A stretch of 64,000 bases of DNA from Eledone cirrhosa (taxonomy: Eukaryota), in NCBI GenBank assembly GCA_964016885.1, contig OZ024745.1:16244001-16308000 (forward strand), given 5' to 3'. The translations under genes were made by a program, and so were the position numbers. Positions 50,042 to 63,310 of the stretch are shown here, one piece after another. A model generated the notes under the pieces. It made no database searches and was not told the DNA's origin. It saw only the letters and a program-made list of their open reading frames with translations. Each line of letters starts with the position of its first letter. Position 1 is the stretch's first letter.

Positions 50042-52408
50042 GATCGAGTATCGAAAAATCGGCGCACGAGTTCACAATAAACAATATTCGAAATGAGCGG
50101 CAGAGGGCTCAATAATTCAGATGAATCAGAGCTATAACTATCGTTAAAATACCGTCACACATAGAACAAGTCTAAAATCAACCATACGATAAAAAATCGA
50201 TAATAGAAGATTCGGGACAATCAGATAAAAAATATCAATAAAACAATACATCAATAATTTAAATGAATGTAAAATCATACCCGGACCCACTAGAAAGGTG
50301 TTAAATCTAGCTTCTTGGGTTTCTGTAAATCCTTAGACTGTACTCTATCAGCTCACATATAAATATATAAGACTTCTAGAGCAAGCGGAATGGAAGTTTA
50401 CTTCACCAACGAGCTTTTTCCTAGCGGATAAGAGGCTAACTACAAGCGAAATACGCACATGGAATCCGGCAAGGGAGATAACCTCTACATCCGCGAAAAC
50501 TATTCGAGGAAATGTGGAAATACACATATCGAATAAGAGTGCTCAATAGACATGTTAAAATAAAACAGGAGCTATTCATCACTCAATAGAATCGACAAAA
50601 AATGAGCAATAAAATTAACTGGTGGATAGCTATGTCCAGAGCTAAAAATATTAGAAAGATCGAGTATCGAAAAATCGGCGCACGAGTTCACGATAAACAA
50701 TATTCGAAATGAGCGGCAGAAGACTCAATAATTCAGATGAATCAGAGCTATAACTATCGTTAAAATACCGTCACACATAGAACAAGTCTAAAATCAACCA
50801 TACGATAAAAAAATCGATAATAGAAGATTCGGGACAATCAGATAAAAAATATCAATAAAACAATACATCAATAATTTAAATGAATGTAAAATCATACCCG
50901 GACCCACTAGAAAGGTGTTAAATCTAGCTTCTTGGGTTTCTGTAAATCCTTAGACTGTACTCTATCAGCTCACATATAAATATATAAGACTTCTAGAGCA
51001 AGCGGAATGGAAGTTTACTTCATCAACGAGCTTTTTCCTAGCGGATAAGAGGCTAACTACAAGCGAAATACGCACATGGAATCCGGCAAGGGAGATAACC
51101 TCTACATCCGCGAAAACTATTCGAGGAAATGTGGAAATACACATATCGAATAAGAGTGCTCAATAGACATGTTAAAATAAAACAGGAGCTATTCATCACT
51201 CAATAGAATCGACAAAAAATGAGCAATAAAATTAACTGGTGGATAGCTATGTCCAGAGCTAAAAATATTAGAAAGATCGAATATCGAAAAATCGGCGCAC
51301 GAGTTCATGATAAACAATATTCGAAATGAGCGGCAGAGGGCTCAATAATTCAGATGAATCAGAGCTATAACTATCGTTAAAATACCGTCACACATAGAAC
51401 AAGTCTAAAATCAACCATACGATAAAAAATCGATAATAGAAGATTCGGAACAATCAGATAAAAAATATCAATAAAACAATACATCAATAATTTAAATGAA
51501 TGTAAAATCATACCCGGACCGACTAGAAAGGTGTTAAATCTAGCTTCTTGGGTTTCTGTAAATCCTTAGACTGTACTCTATCAGCTCACATATAAATATA
51601 TAAGACTTCTAGAGCAAGCGGAATGGAAGTTTACTTCATCAACGAGCTTTTTCCTAGCGGATAAGAGGCTAACTACAAGCGAAATACGCACATGGAATCC
51701 GGCAAGGGAGATAACCTCTACATCCGCGAAAACTATTCGAGGAAATGTGGAAATACACATATCGAATAAGAGTGCTCAATAGACATGTTAAAATAAAACA
51801 GGAGCTATTCATCACTCAATAGAATCGACAAAAAATGAGCAATAAAATTAACTGGTGGATAGCTATGTCCAGAGCTAAAAATATTAGAAAGATCGAGTAT
51901 CGAAAAATCGGCGCACGAGTTCACGATAAACAATATTCGAAATGAGCGGCAGAGGGCTCAATAATTCAGATGAATCAGAGCTATAACTATCGTTAAAATA
52001 CCGTCACACATAGAACAAGTCTAAAATCAACCATACGATAAAAAATCGATAATAGAAGATTCGGGACAATCAGATAAAAAATATCAATAAAACAATACAT
52101 CAATAATTTAAATGAATGTAAAATCATACCCGGACCCACTAGAAAGGTATTAAATCTAGCTTCTTGGGTTTCTGTAAATCCTTAGACTGTACTCTATCAG
52201 CTCACATATAAATATATAAGACTTCTAGAGCAAGCGGAATGGAAGTTTACTTCATCAACGAGCTTTTTCCTAGCGGATAAGAGGCTAACTACAAGCGAAA
52301 TACGCACATGGAATCCGGCAAGGGAGATAACCTCTACATCCGCGAAAACTATTCGAGGAAATGTGGAAATACACATATCGAATAAGAGTGCTCAATAGAC
52401 ATGTTAAA

Positions 52409-52410
<2 letters not shown>
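50033..52410. repeat. Tandem array of a 616/617-bp unit (~3.9 near-identical copies) between (TA)n tracts
   Basis: AGATCGA anchor at 50041, 50657, 51274 and 51890; last unit truncated at 52410; (TA)n at 49982-50035 and 52410-52429. Confidence 0.97.
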
Positions 52411-52442
<32 letters not shown>

Positions 52443-52564
52443 TTGGATAATGATTAAAGCTTAGCGTTGAATAGACATGTGGTATTTCGTATATAGGTCA
52501 TTTTCTGTCAACCTCCCTATATTGCTACATCGTACATATATTACATACGTACATACATACTACA

Positions 52565-54045
52565 TATCGGAACTCTCTACGCAAAACAAAACAGTGGCTC
52601 ACAATGTGTTTGCTGTGCCTGTCCTGACACCAACGTTTGGAATACTCAATTGGACGATAGACCAACTCCGAGTAGTTGATGTTAGAACTCGAAAAATACT
52701 AAACAACACCGGAAACTTCCACATCAACATTGACATAGACCGCCTTTACGTAAGCAGGGAGGCAGAGGCCTAGCATCAGTTCAGACAACATTTGAATGTC
52801 GCATCATATCCCACCGTCAACATCTACGAACCTCAAAGCATCTCTCGAGCAAGTCTATCTGCATGAAACAGGTAAGATCATGAGAGTTGGGAAGGAACTC
52901 CTCGAGAGATATTCCCTGTGTGATAATCAAAAACTCACACCCAGGGAAGTCCCTCAGAAGTATCGCAGTGAATCCATGGATGAAAAACTGCATGCTTATC
53001 AGCAAAAAATCATGCATGGATATGTTGCCAGGAAGCTCCAGAGTGAGAGTAATATAGATAAGGAAAGTAGTCTATCTTGGACCAACAACCGCTATATTGG
53101 CTCCCACTTTGAAGGATATGCTTTTGCAACCAAGAAAAGGGAATTAACACGAAATACCTGATTCACAAAAGAGATAGGGATGCAGGCAAAACACCTAGAT
53201 GTGATAACAAGTGCAGACTCTGCAGAATTAACATCGTAGATGTCACCCATGTCATCAGCAGCTGTCCAAAGATGTCATCGCGGTACTATCTACCTATGAG
53301 GCATGATGTAGTGGCCAAACCACTGTATGATGCAATCCGTAGAAAAGATAGACCCGATAATAAACAGACTAAAAGCTACAGCAATGTGGAAGACATCCTT
53401 ATAATAATATGAAAGAGTACTGGTGGAATGTTCCAGTAAAATCCCTAATAAAATGCAAGCATAATAATAAAATGCAGACCAGATATTATGATATGGGACA
53501 GGGAAAAGAAAGCATGCACAGTAGTGGAAATTAGCTGCCCAGCAGATGCCAATATAATATCAAAGATTAGCGAAAAGGAGAATATTTATGCAGAACTGAT
53601 GAGAAATCTGCAGATACTCCACCCTGATTACACCTTCAGATTTATACCTGTGATTATTGGGGCACTGGAGTATGTTAGTAACTGCCTCAATACAAATCTT
53701 GAGAAGCTAGGCTTCACAGGAACAGAAATAACACAATAGTTAGGAAATTACAAGTACAATCCATTAATGGAACAGTAAAAATGTGTAAAACATTCCCAAA
53801 ATGTTGCATCTAATAACTGCATATACACATGTACAGATACAAAGCATATATATACACATGCACACCTACAACTCAAAACATCCACATCCACACATACAAT
53901 AACATCCATATCTACACATGCATGCATACATACATATCTACCTAGTTGATGTTGTGTAAATTCGAATAAAAGAGTCTTGTGTCTTTGTTAGAAACCGACT
54001 CTCTCTCTATTGGGAAACATTTGTGAAATTATAAAACCAGAGGAA
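52565..54045 (+). mobile_element. 5'-truncated, frameshifted RLE-type non-LTR retrotransposon (R4/Dong-like)
   Basis: RT thumb (NKTVAHNVFAVPVLTPTFGILNWT...DVRTRKIL...DIDRLYVSR), MHGY motif, CCHC knuckle CRLC..DVTHVISSC followed by RHD (frame from 53161), and RPDIMIWD..VVEISCP..IPVIIGAL endonuclease; 3' UTR then (TACA)n. Confidence 0.9.
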
Positions 54046-54295
54046 CATACATACACATATACATACATACATTACATACATTACATACATACATACACAC
54101 ATGCATACATTACATACATACATACACACATACATACATTACATTACATACATACATACATACATTATATACATTACATACTTACACACACATACATACC
54201 CACATACATACATTACATACATACACACACATACAATTACATACACACATACATATATTACATACACACATATATTACATACATACATACATATC
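54045..54295. repeat. Imperfect (TACA)n microsatellite, tail or target of the RLE LINE
   Basis: Directly visible. Confidence 0.9.
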
Positions 54296-55379
54296 ATTGA
54301 AACAATTAATTACGCGTGGGAGACATTATAATATACAATGAACCAATAATCAAAGTTATTTCCTTCCAAATACATAAGAGAAAACATAAAAGAATTTGGG
54401 GAAAGATGATGAAAATATGAATATAGTGAAAATTAGTTTTAAGTTGAAGAAGTTGTTAAGTGCAATGTACTCCAACGGTTCTGATGTATCAAAGTTGTAT
54501 ATTTAGGTATTTTTCTATAATATACTCTTTAATGTTTTCATCATTAGAAAACAAACACACTATTGTAAACATTGAATAACAAACATGAGTTTCAATTATA
54601 ATGCTTTACATTACAGTTTTAGCAATGTTTCCAAAAGAATAAGTTTTTCAGTCAACGTTAGAACTAAACTATGCTTATGTAATCAATATTTTGTCTGTAG
54701 GATCTCATATAATGCTAAATGCATTATTATCAATGCCCAGTAAACATATATTATTGAAATATATAAATGACTTATTCCCTGACCTGGGTACAGCTACTTC
54801 CTATCTTTAAACACTATTTGCTGGGTGCATACACATTTTGATGGTCTATATATATTTGGGATGTTTATTGTTATAATATCAGAGTTCTTTCAGCATGTAT
54901 AATAGGGGGATTTGGTGAAATAACAAAGCGAAGTATAGACACATTTACACATAGAATGCCTTTTTGATGTATTGTATTAAACATTATTAATGTATTCTCT
55001 TGGTTAGGTGTTTAACGGCAGCTATATATAGTTAAGAGACTTTGGTTAAATTGTAGATCTTTAGTGATCCACTCATGCGGCACACTATCAAAGGCTCTCT
55101 GCTAGTTTATCCACACTACGAACAACTTCCAGCGGTTCATTACTCTTTATTCATCGATTATTTTCTTTGTGAATAGCTATTCCATACATTGCTGCTAAGT
55201 TGCTAACTATAACCTCTTCTCTTTTCACATCTAGTTTTCTATATTTGAAATAAAACACCTTTCATGTGAGTTGTGAGTATTAGTTTTGGTATATTATCGT
55301 ATTTAAAATCTCACCAGTAGAGTTGTGAGTTTGTTAATGGTTTAAATTTCATAACTATTAACTATTACCGTTAGCAAGG

Positions 55380-55460
55380 GAAGGTGTGTGGCCTAGTGGT
55401 TACGTTGTTGGGTTCCTGATCAGAAGGTCGTGGGTTCAATTCCGGGAAAGGGCGGCACGT
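55380..55460 (+). mobile_element. tRNA-derived SINE head
   Basis: GTGTGGCCTAGTGGTTA (A box) and GGTTCAATTCC (B box); homologous to the 60066-60190 head. Confidence 0.65.
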
Positions 55461-56159
55461 TTCGTATTATACTACTGAACAGAGCTGAAACAAATTAATA
55501 TTACTAGCGGCAGTGGGAGGAATAATTTCTGACTTTTCTGAGGGATAACTGGGAAGACGAAAATTGTGCTGAAGCTCACTTTCTCTTTACACACACACAC
55601 ACACAAACACACATGTATAAATTAAAATGCCCTTTATCTCGCAGAACCCACGCTGGAAACAGTTTCAATCTTGCATAGACAAACACACACATATACACAC
55701 ACACACACTGAAATATATTTTCTAAATTTCTTATTTCTGTTTACATCATCTCTCTATAGTATACAATCCAAATATTATATTACAAGCACGAAATAACCTG
55801 CTAAAATAAGCGTTAGTCCCTGACTTCGTTGCTGTTTACAAACCGCCAGTTTACAAAGTATAGTCTGCCCTCCGATAAATATATCATCGTACTCATATTT
55901 GTGGAAACATCTGGTGTACTACACCACCGAACCCTCCTACTTAATGCAATCAGGATACAGAAGGCCATTTGCAAGAATAAATCTCGCCAGGTGTACTAGA
56001 TTTTTTTAATTCATCTTCCCCATCATCCTCCGGGGTAAAGATCCGCCATTTTGTCTGCCGTGACCATAAAACAACAACAAATTAAAGTTGATACTGCATC
56101 TTTCTATGTAAAAACTCCAACTGTCAAAATATAATACGTAATAGGCTGCAATTTAGTAA

Positions 56160-56231
56160 TTCTTCGTCTTCTTCTTCGTCTTCTCCTCCTTCTCCTTCTT
56201 CTTCGCCTTCTTCGTCTTCGTCTTCTTCTTC
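56160..56231. repeat. Imperfect (CTT)n trinucleotide repeat
   Basis: Directly visible. Confidence 0.85.
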
Positions 56232-56669
56232 CACGGGGTAGAGTTCTCAAACATTCCTTCCAGCGAGTCCTGCCAAAAGCAAACGTTTCCAATTAGATTT
56301 AGTTAGTAACTCGTTTCTGACAATCAGTAATGAATACAATTGTATATCTGTGTTGCTATTAAGTTATATTTTTACTACCACAGCTGCTGGAGGCTTTCTT
56401 GTAAAACACCCGCAACAGTTTAAGTAGTTTTTTTTCAGAAAAAGAGTACTTTAGAAAATTCTAACAGCTTCAAATTAAGTAAAGGGCAATGGGAATTTAC
56501 TTGTCTTAGTTTTTAGTGCAATGGGAATCTCTCATTACAAATAAACAAGGAAATAATTAAGTTTGACGAAATTTTATCTTAAGAGTTCATTAACGTGTAT
56601 CAATATATGCGAAACGATTTTTTATTCTTTTTTTAACATTGTAGAAGAGGAGTTTGTTTTAATTTTCCT

Positions 56670-57817
56670 TTTTTTATCACTGTGTTGACTCACGCTATGC
56701 CTCATTAATATCTCCCAGTGCATTCTTTTTGATAAATATTATCTCTATCATTTGTTTTCTCTGCTTTGTCTAATAAATACTATACCTTGAATGCTGCTGC
56801 TGCTATTCTCAGGTCTACTGGTTGCAACAGTGATGTATTTGGTGTTAAAAATACAACCATAACATTTTGACATGTCACCAAGTGCTATTCAGTGACTCAG
56901 AACATTATTCAAAATTAATAAACTTTTAAAATCTAATTTTATTGACCTTTGACTTCGAGACTGAAACCATTTTTAAACCAATCAATCTTCTAAAGACGAT
57001 TTTATGAACAAACGGTCTTTTTTACTGGCTTTTTTATTAACCTGGTAGAAAATGTTCATTGAACCCTTCCAAAAGCACATCGGTGATCAATAGATCAATA
57101 CGAGATTTAATTCTAAATCACTAGCAGCATTTCCATACAATAAAACTGTTATATGATTTTTAGCCACTTTAGAACTGAAATTGGAATTCCATTTTCTTCC
57201 CCAAGGCACATTTATTATTTGTTTTGAAAACAATCTCCAATCTTCACAGCATCATCAACACAACCACCATCTTCAATATATTTTTCAATTTAGTGAGATA
57301 CGTGGCTGCGCCTTTTCATCAGCACTTGTACTTTCTCATACAATCCTAACATTGTGGATCCCCGGTCGTTTTCTAAACCTGTCTAACCCTCCAGAAATCT
57401 TCGAAAATCTTAGAAAATGTTTCATTAATTTCTCATTCAGGTTTTTCTTCTTTCCGTTTTCTTTGGACTGTTATAAACAGACTGATAGCCCTGGTTGTAA
57501 TGGTAATTTCACTTAAAGGAATGTGCTTTTGATTGCAATCTTCGATAGAAAATAACAAAAGCTAGTCTAAATCAATCATTGCAGTTCTACCATTTCTTCT
57601 TGTTTGGAAATTCGATGATAAAGCAGCATTTTGTCCTTTTTCTTTATAAATCGTCATTTTTCCCAATAATTCTACGCACTGTTGATTCGCAGATAGCGTA
57701 ATCTTTTCTAGGCTTCCTCATTATTGCTAATGTTTCTTCCAATCCGATAAATTTCCTCTCCCTATTCCTAACACCTCCACCACTTGTACTAATGGTAATC
57801 ATTCGTTTAGAACTCAT
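56670..57817 (-). pseudogene. Decayed pogo/Tigger (CENP-B-like) DDE transposase
   Basis: Manual minus-strand translation across frameshifts gives colinear motifs: RERKFIGLEE..ESTVRRIIGKN (HTH), IEDCNQKHIPLS..RAISLF, GGLDRFRKRPGIHNVRIV*ESTSAD, KNHITVLLYGNAASD, DWFKNGFSLEVK, FKSLLILNNVLSH, VVFLTPNTSLLQPVD. Confidence 0.85.
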
Positions 57818-58482
57818 AGCAATAAATCAAGGATTAGAAAGTACACTAAATCTCAGTTTAATATTGCTTGCAACACTATTTCTCACGAAATAACATTGTT
57901 TATAAATATATGAATATGTATACATATTCAATATACAGTTGCAATAAAAATGAGGACATTCATCTTCATCTTAAAGTCACAATCTTATAAATGTCGGTCA
58001 TCTTTGGGTGCCGGTCATAATCGATAATGTTCTCTGAGTTTTAAACTGAAACGTTTATTGAAATCCACGGGAATAGATGGTTCTCGTTCCTTTGACCATA
58101 TAAGGAATATTTTTGCATTTGTTATTCTCATACTTGATTAAACTGGATAATAACAAAATCAGGAATAGTCATGGCATGTACAATAGAATGAGAACAGTCT
58201 ATCCTATGATTTGAATAAATAGTTCAGTTCGAAATCCTGAGAACATTTTCGGTAGACAAGTAAAGAAGGCCTGAGTGTACAGCAGCCGACACAAGTTTGT
58301 AACTATCAATATGAGAACACTAGACTGAATATACTAGTGTATGGTCCCATAATTCCTGAGGGAGTTGTAGGTGCGTCACATTAACATATGGCGTCTGTAG
58401 GTCGTTTTTAAACCTGGCGGAGCCCATCTCCTCTCCAGGTCTGAATATAGAGAGTGAGTAAGATATATAGAGGAAGAATAGG

Positions 58483-58635
58483 CTCCAGTACTAGACTAGT
58501 ACTGTTATATCGACATTGAATGGATGAAAATCAAAGTTGACCTCGGCGGGATTTGTACTCAGAGAACAGAGAACCGTAACGAATACATTAAAGCTTTCTA
58601 TCCGAGTCTTAACGACTCTGTCAGCTTTCCGCCTT
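58483..58635 (-). mobile_element. Degenerate SINE (same family as 42334 and 61838)
   Basis: TATCGAC...GGATGAAAATCAAAGTTGACCTCGGCGGGATTTGTACTCAGA is the reverse complement of the family core. Confidence 0.7.
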
Positions 58636-59728
58636 TATCGCAATGTTCTCAGTGTGTATATTAGTGTATAATAATTCTTCAAGTTAAAAATTGTTGATAC
58701 TTTTTCGTCTCATAAATTATATATTTATGCCTGGTAACACATAAAGTGTAAGTAAAGACAGGTTGTTGATGGAGTCATACATATGGTTTCCGCTGTATTT
58801 GCAATATTGACTGTCACTGTCGATACTATTTCTAATGTCGTTTATACGAAAGGGAAATTGTCACGATTAGAAAATAGAACCCTTTCATATTTGTCTCTCC
58901 AATTTCTGTTTTCATATTTAATGTACCGAATGTAAATGAAACCACCTGGACATGATAAAGTATCAGCGGAAATATCTGTTTGATGGTTCAGTAGTTTGAT
59001 AATTCATTCATCTCCTTCAGTTGGGGGTCGATGATATAAATAGCAGATTACATCCTCTATGTTTGATAAGTAGAGGATATATGTATCAGTTCAAAGTGCT
59101 ACGTCTTAAAAATTAACTGTGTCCTGCTGAATGGGGATGGATTGCAACAGGAAGTGAACTTTCGTTTGCAATTTAAATATTATAGCAGCCTATTGAAGTC
59201 ACCACAAGTATCAACATCACAGTAAGAAAAACAAAAGCACCAACATCTTGTTTAACAATCTTGTGTTTAAAGAAATTATTTCATTGCATAAGAAATGATC
59301 GAACAATGATTCTCTCTCGTCAGTCTTTTATCTCCTAGTCTCTCTCCCCACTTCACTAAGAATATACTTTCTCATCCTTCTGTTTTATTGCTCTGTATTG
59401 CTATCTCTGTCTTTTTCTCTCTCACTATATATATTCTCTCTATCTATAACTCTGTTTATATATACATATATAAAAATAAAGATTAATTCATTTAAACTCT
59501 TGTATACACACCATTTATACAGGATATCCGTGTAAACTATGCTCAATCAAGTACAAGAGAGCTTATTTAGTTTATATTAAATTTCAGACAATATGTATGC
59601 GCTACCTGGCGAGGGAGGCCATTTTAGAACCGCTACACCACTATATTGTGGTAGACTTAACTGGATCCAAAAACTAAGGTTGCACATAAATGTTAAGTGT
59701 ATGAACTTTAATATATATATATATATAT

Positions 59729-59865
59729 ATATTTATTAAAATAACAGATTAAAGTTTAAGCAAAGAATCGCTGCTTTTACCCTTAACGGGATCTTCTGAA
59801 GATCCCGTTAAGGGTGAACGCACCGATTCTTTGCTTAAACTTTAATCTGTTATTTTAATAAATAT
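59729..59865. repeat. 137-bp near-perfect palindrome (68-bp arms, 1-nt spacer, 3 mismatches)
   Basis: 59729-59796 is the reverse complement of 59798-59865; abuts (TA)n on the left. Confidence 0.95.
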
Positions 59866-60065
59866 TTGCTCTACGGTTCTTATATATCTGATATATTTTT
59901 ATCCTTATCGAGCCCTCTTTGGATTTTAGTCTTCCAATTTATTATTATTACTATATATATATTTTTTAGGAACGATCGACTTTCGTCAAATCGGACCGAA
60001 AAAAAACAATGTTTCCGTTGGTCTTTCCAATTGCTAATACTATCTATCGGTCGCAACTCCAGGTA

Positions 60066-60190
60066 GAAGGAGCAACGTGAAATAAAGTGTCTTGCTCAAG
60101 GACATAACGCATCGCCTGGTCCAGGAATCGAACTCACAACCTTACGATTGCGAATCCAATTCTCTAACCACTCAGCCACACGCCTTCACT
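60066..60190 (-). mobile_element. tRNA-derived SINE 5' part with CORE/V-like domain
   Basis: Minus strand reads GAAGGCGTGTGGCTGAGTGGTTAG...GAGTTCGATTCCTGG...GTCCTTGAGCAAGACACTTTATTTCACGTTGCTCC. Confidence 0.8.
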
Positions 60191-60438
60191 ATATAGTGCT
60201 GAGACTGAGGAGACCGCTAATCATGTGGATACTCGATATATGGGGAGATGTAGAGTGGGTATAGAAATTTGTAAAATCAAAACGAGGATGTACTTTATGG
60301 AACACCCAAATGATTTAGGCGTCGACCTTAACCAGGAGCAATAACATTAAGAAAGACATGAACCACCACATAACAGTTTGTTTTGAACATTTTGAAAGTA
60401 CGTTTACAAGTATGAATTTTCAACAGAATTTTGTAGTT

Positions 60439-60510
60439 GTTTCTGTGGCCTAACGGTAGGTACTAGAGACGGTGAAGATCCTGGCCTTGGGTTCGATCCT
60501 GACCTGGTCA
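60439..60510 (+). other. Degenerate tRNA-like / Pol III-promoter sequence
   Basis: A box TGGCCTAACGG and B box GGTTCGATCC at tRNA spacing; stems pair poorly. Confidence 0.4.
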
Positions 60511-61059
60511 AAAAGTACATTCAACCTTTTTTTATTTTACAACGAATAGAAAACGTCAAAGGTTTACCGGGAACCCTACTCCCGAATAGGATCGAACAAT
60601 TTGTGTGTCAAATCGAAAGTGCCTGGCACTGCGGTCGGGAATTTATATCTCTTTCGTCTCCCCCCCTTCTCTATACCCTCTCTCTCTCTAGTGTGTGTGA
60701 GTGTGTGTGTATCATTCTCACATTATTTATCTCACCGTGATTCGTTCTCTTTTCTTTCTAAAACTCTTTTTCTTTTTCTTTCACATTTTTCTTATAATTG
60801 TCCTTTCTTACACCAACTTCTCATTTACGGCGCCCCCTCATCATTGTTCGTCTCCTCTCCACTCGCTTTATTTCTCTCTCTTTCACACTCTTTTCTCAGT
60901 ACTAACCAGCATGATAGAAAAATTACTGAAGTTAAATTAGTTACATGTGTTAAGTTAACCGATCAAAATAAATTCATGCGGAATTAAACCTTTTCACAAA
61001 CTCAATTCACGGCCTACACTATGAATATTCTAGAAATATTTATTTTCTATTAACGCTTG

Positions 61060-61190
61060 TATTCTAATAATCTCAGTATTCTAGTAATCTCTTATTCCAG
61101 TAATCTATACTGGTAATCTCAACATTCTACTAATCACCTATTCCACTAATCTCTGTATTATAGTAATCTTTGTATTATAATAATCTATGC
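61060..61190. repeat. Short-period (~16 bp) degenerate minisatellite (TATTCTAGTAATCTC)
   Basis: About 7-8 diverged copies visible. Confidence 0.7.
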
Positions 61191-61199
61191 CAGCCCTCT

Positions 61200-61607
61200 T
61201 CACTGTCACAAATGGATAGATAGATAACTTCTCTGGTATAAGTGGGTTTCTATCTATTTCCCATACACAACCGATTAGCTCAGAGTTTTACTGGCTTAAC
61301 CAGGTGTCTAGCTATATTAAGTGGCGCAATCATATGTTCAGCTACCTACACTGGCACAACCGGGTGTATGTAACTATCTTCACAGGTACAACCAGGTGTC
61401 TAGCTATTTTCTCAGGTACAACCGACCGGGTGGCTGATTATTTTCACAGGCACAATCGCGTGTCTAGCTATCTTCGCAGGCAAAACCAGGTGTCTAGGTT
61501 TCTCCACTGACTCTACCAGGTGGGTAGATATTTAAACTGACACAACCAGATGTTTACCTATCTTAACTGATACGACACAGTAGCTGATTACCTTCGCTGG
61601 CACAACC
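61200..61607. repeat. ~30-bp degenerate minisatellite (AACCAGGTGTCTAGCTATCTTCACTGGCAC-like)
   Basis: About 10 or more diverged units visible, clearest from 61298. Confidence 0.75.
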
Positions 61608-61837
61608 TCAGCTAATATGTAATCTATAATAAAGGAGAGCCGGCACAAATTCCCGCAGCATTCTATCAAACACCCTAACTATATAACTACCCCCACCCCT
61701 ACGAAAACTGCGATTTCCGAAAGTCGACTAAACCCGCACATTGCCTCGCATCCGACGCCCGTTACGCACCATTTTATCCACGATTACCCAATCATTGATT
61801 CGCGGTCTTACCCATAATTTTACTCACGAATCTTCAT

Positions 61838-62236
61838 TTGGCAGTATCGGTAGAGAGTCGGACGCCATGCTTTCCAGCATAGTTACGTCCCTTTACGGTC
61901 TGAGTTCAAATCCCGCCGAGGTTAACTTTGCCTTTCATCCTTACGGGGTCGATAAAATAAAGTACCAGTAATGTACTGGGTAATTGCTGGCCTTGTGCCA
62001 AAAGTAGAAACAATTATTTCGAAGTTAAAAGGTGGTGGATTGGCAGTATCGGTAGAGGGTCTGACGCCATGCTTTGAAGCAAAGAGTTACGGCCCTTTAC
62101 GGTCTGAGTTCAAATCCCACCGAGGTTCACTTTGCCTTTCATCCTTACGGGGTCGATAAAATAAAGTACCAGTAATACACTGGGATAATTGCTGGCCTTG
62201 TACCAAAAGTAGAAACAATTATTTCGAAGTTAAAAG
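61838..62236 (+). mobile_element. Tandem dimer of a tRNA-derived SINE (period 202 bp)
   Basis: TTGGCAGTATCGGTAGAG at 61838 and 62040; each copy has GAGTTCAAATCC and the family tail. Confidence 0.88.
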
Positions 62237-62944
62237 ATGTACAGAACTAAGCAGAAACAAACGGCACTACAAGCAAAGTAAGTGTTCCCCTTATTCCTAC
62301 CTCTCCTGAATAAGTCAATACTGGACTTACGATCTGAGTTGCTTATGAGTCCAATATTCACCAACGGAACAAAGACCTTGATGAATAGTCATGAGCATAA
62401 GAGAGTCATAGAAGAGATAGGTGAGAATATCTGATAGTTGTCTCTAAATCTAATCACAGAGTAATGACAGCAATATATAAGAAGATATGTATTTTATTAT
62501 CAGGAATTGCTTATTAATAAACTGTATCCTTTTTCAGTCGTTATGTAGTTCACCTAAATACTGTTAAAAGAGACAAAAATATTTCAAATATTTACTCTTT
62601 TGTATCATCATCCCTTTCGTCACAGTCCAATTCTTCTGTCACATACAACATATATAGAGATAAGGTTCACATAGTTCAATGCTATAGCCACCAACAGAGT
62701 TTGGACTCAATATTTAGTAGTGCGTTTATGTGTGTGTGTTTATTTGAACTTTTAAGCCGACTCTCATATATGAGGTACAATAACTCCAACGCTTCAGCAA
62801 ATCTCTATATAATATAACTTTAATTATCATGAGGCTCAATACGTTATGATCGCTTGTGGTGGGGTAATAATACTCCAGCTGCCACACACCCAGTATCGTA
62901 CCACATTAGACCCATGTCTGCAATTCCTCTCCCACCTCTCTCTT

Positions 62945-63310
<366 letters not shown>

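Noticed and set aside
50308-50356. Minus-strand CTGATAGA...GAAAC in the 616-bp unit as a hammerhead
   Set aside because: Core has an extra base, and there is no UH cleavage site or stem I pairing.
58740-59080. Possible old LINE endonuclease N-terminus on the minus strand (FGTLN-like motif)
   Set aside because: Single short motif with no supporting downstream motifs.
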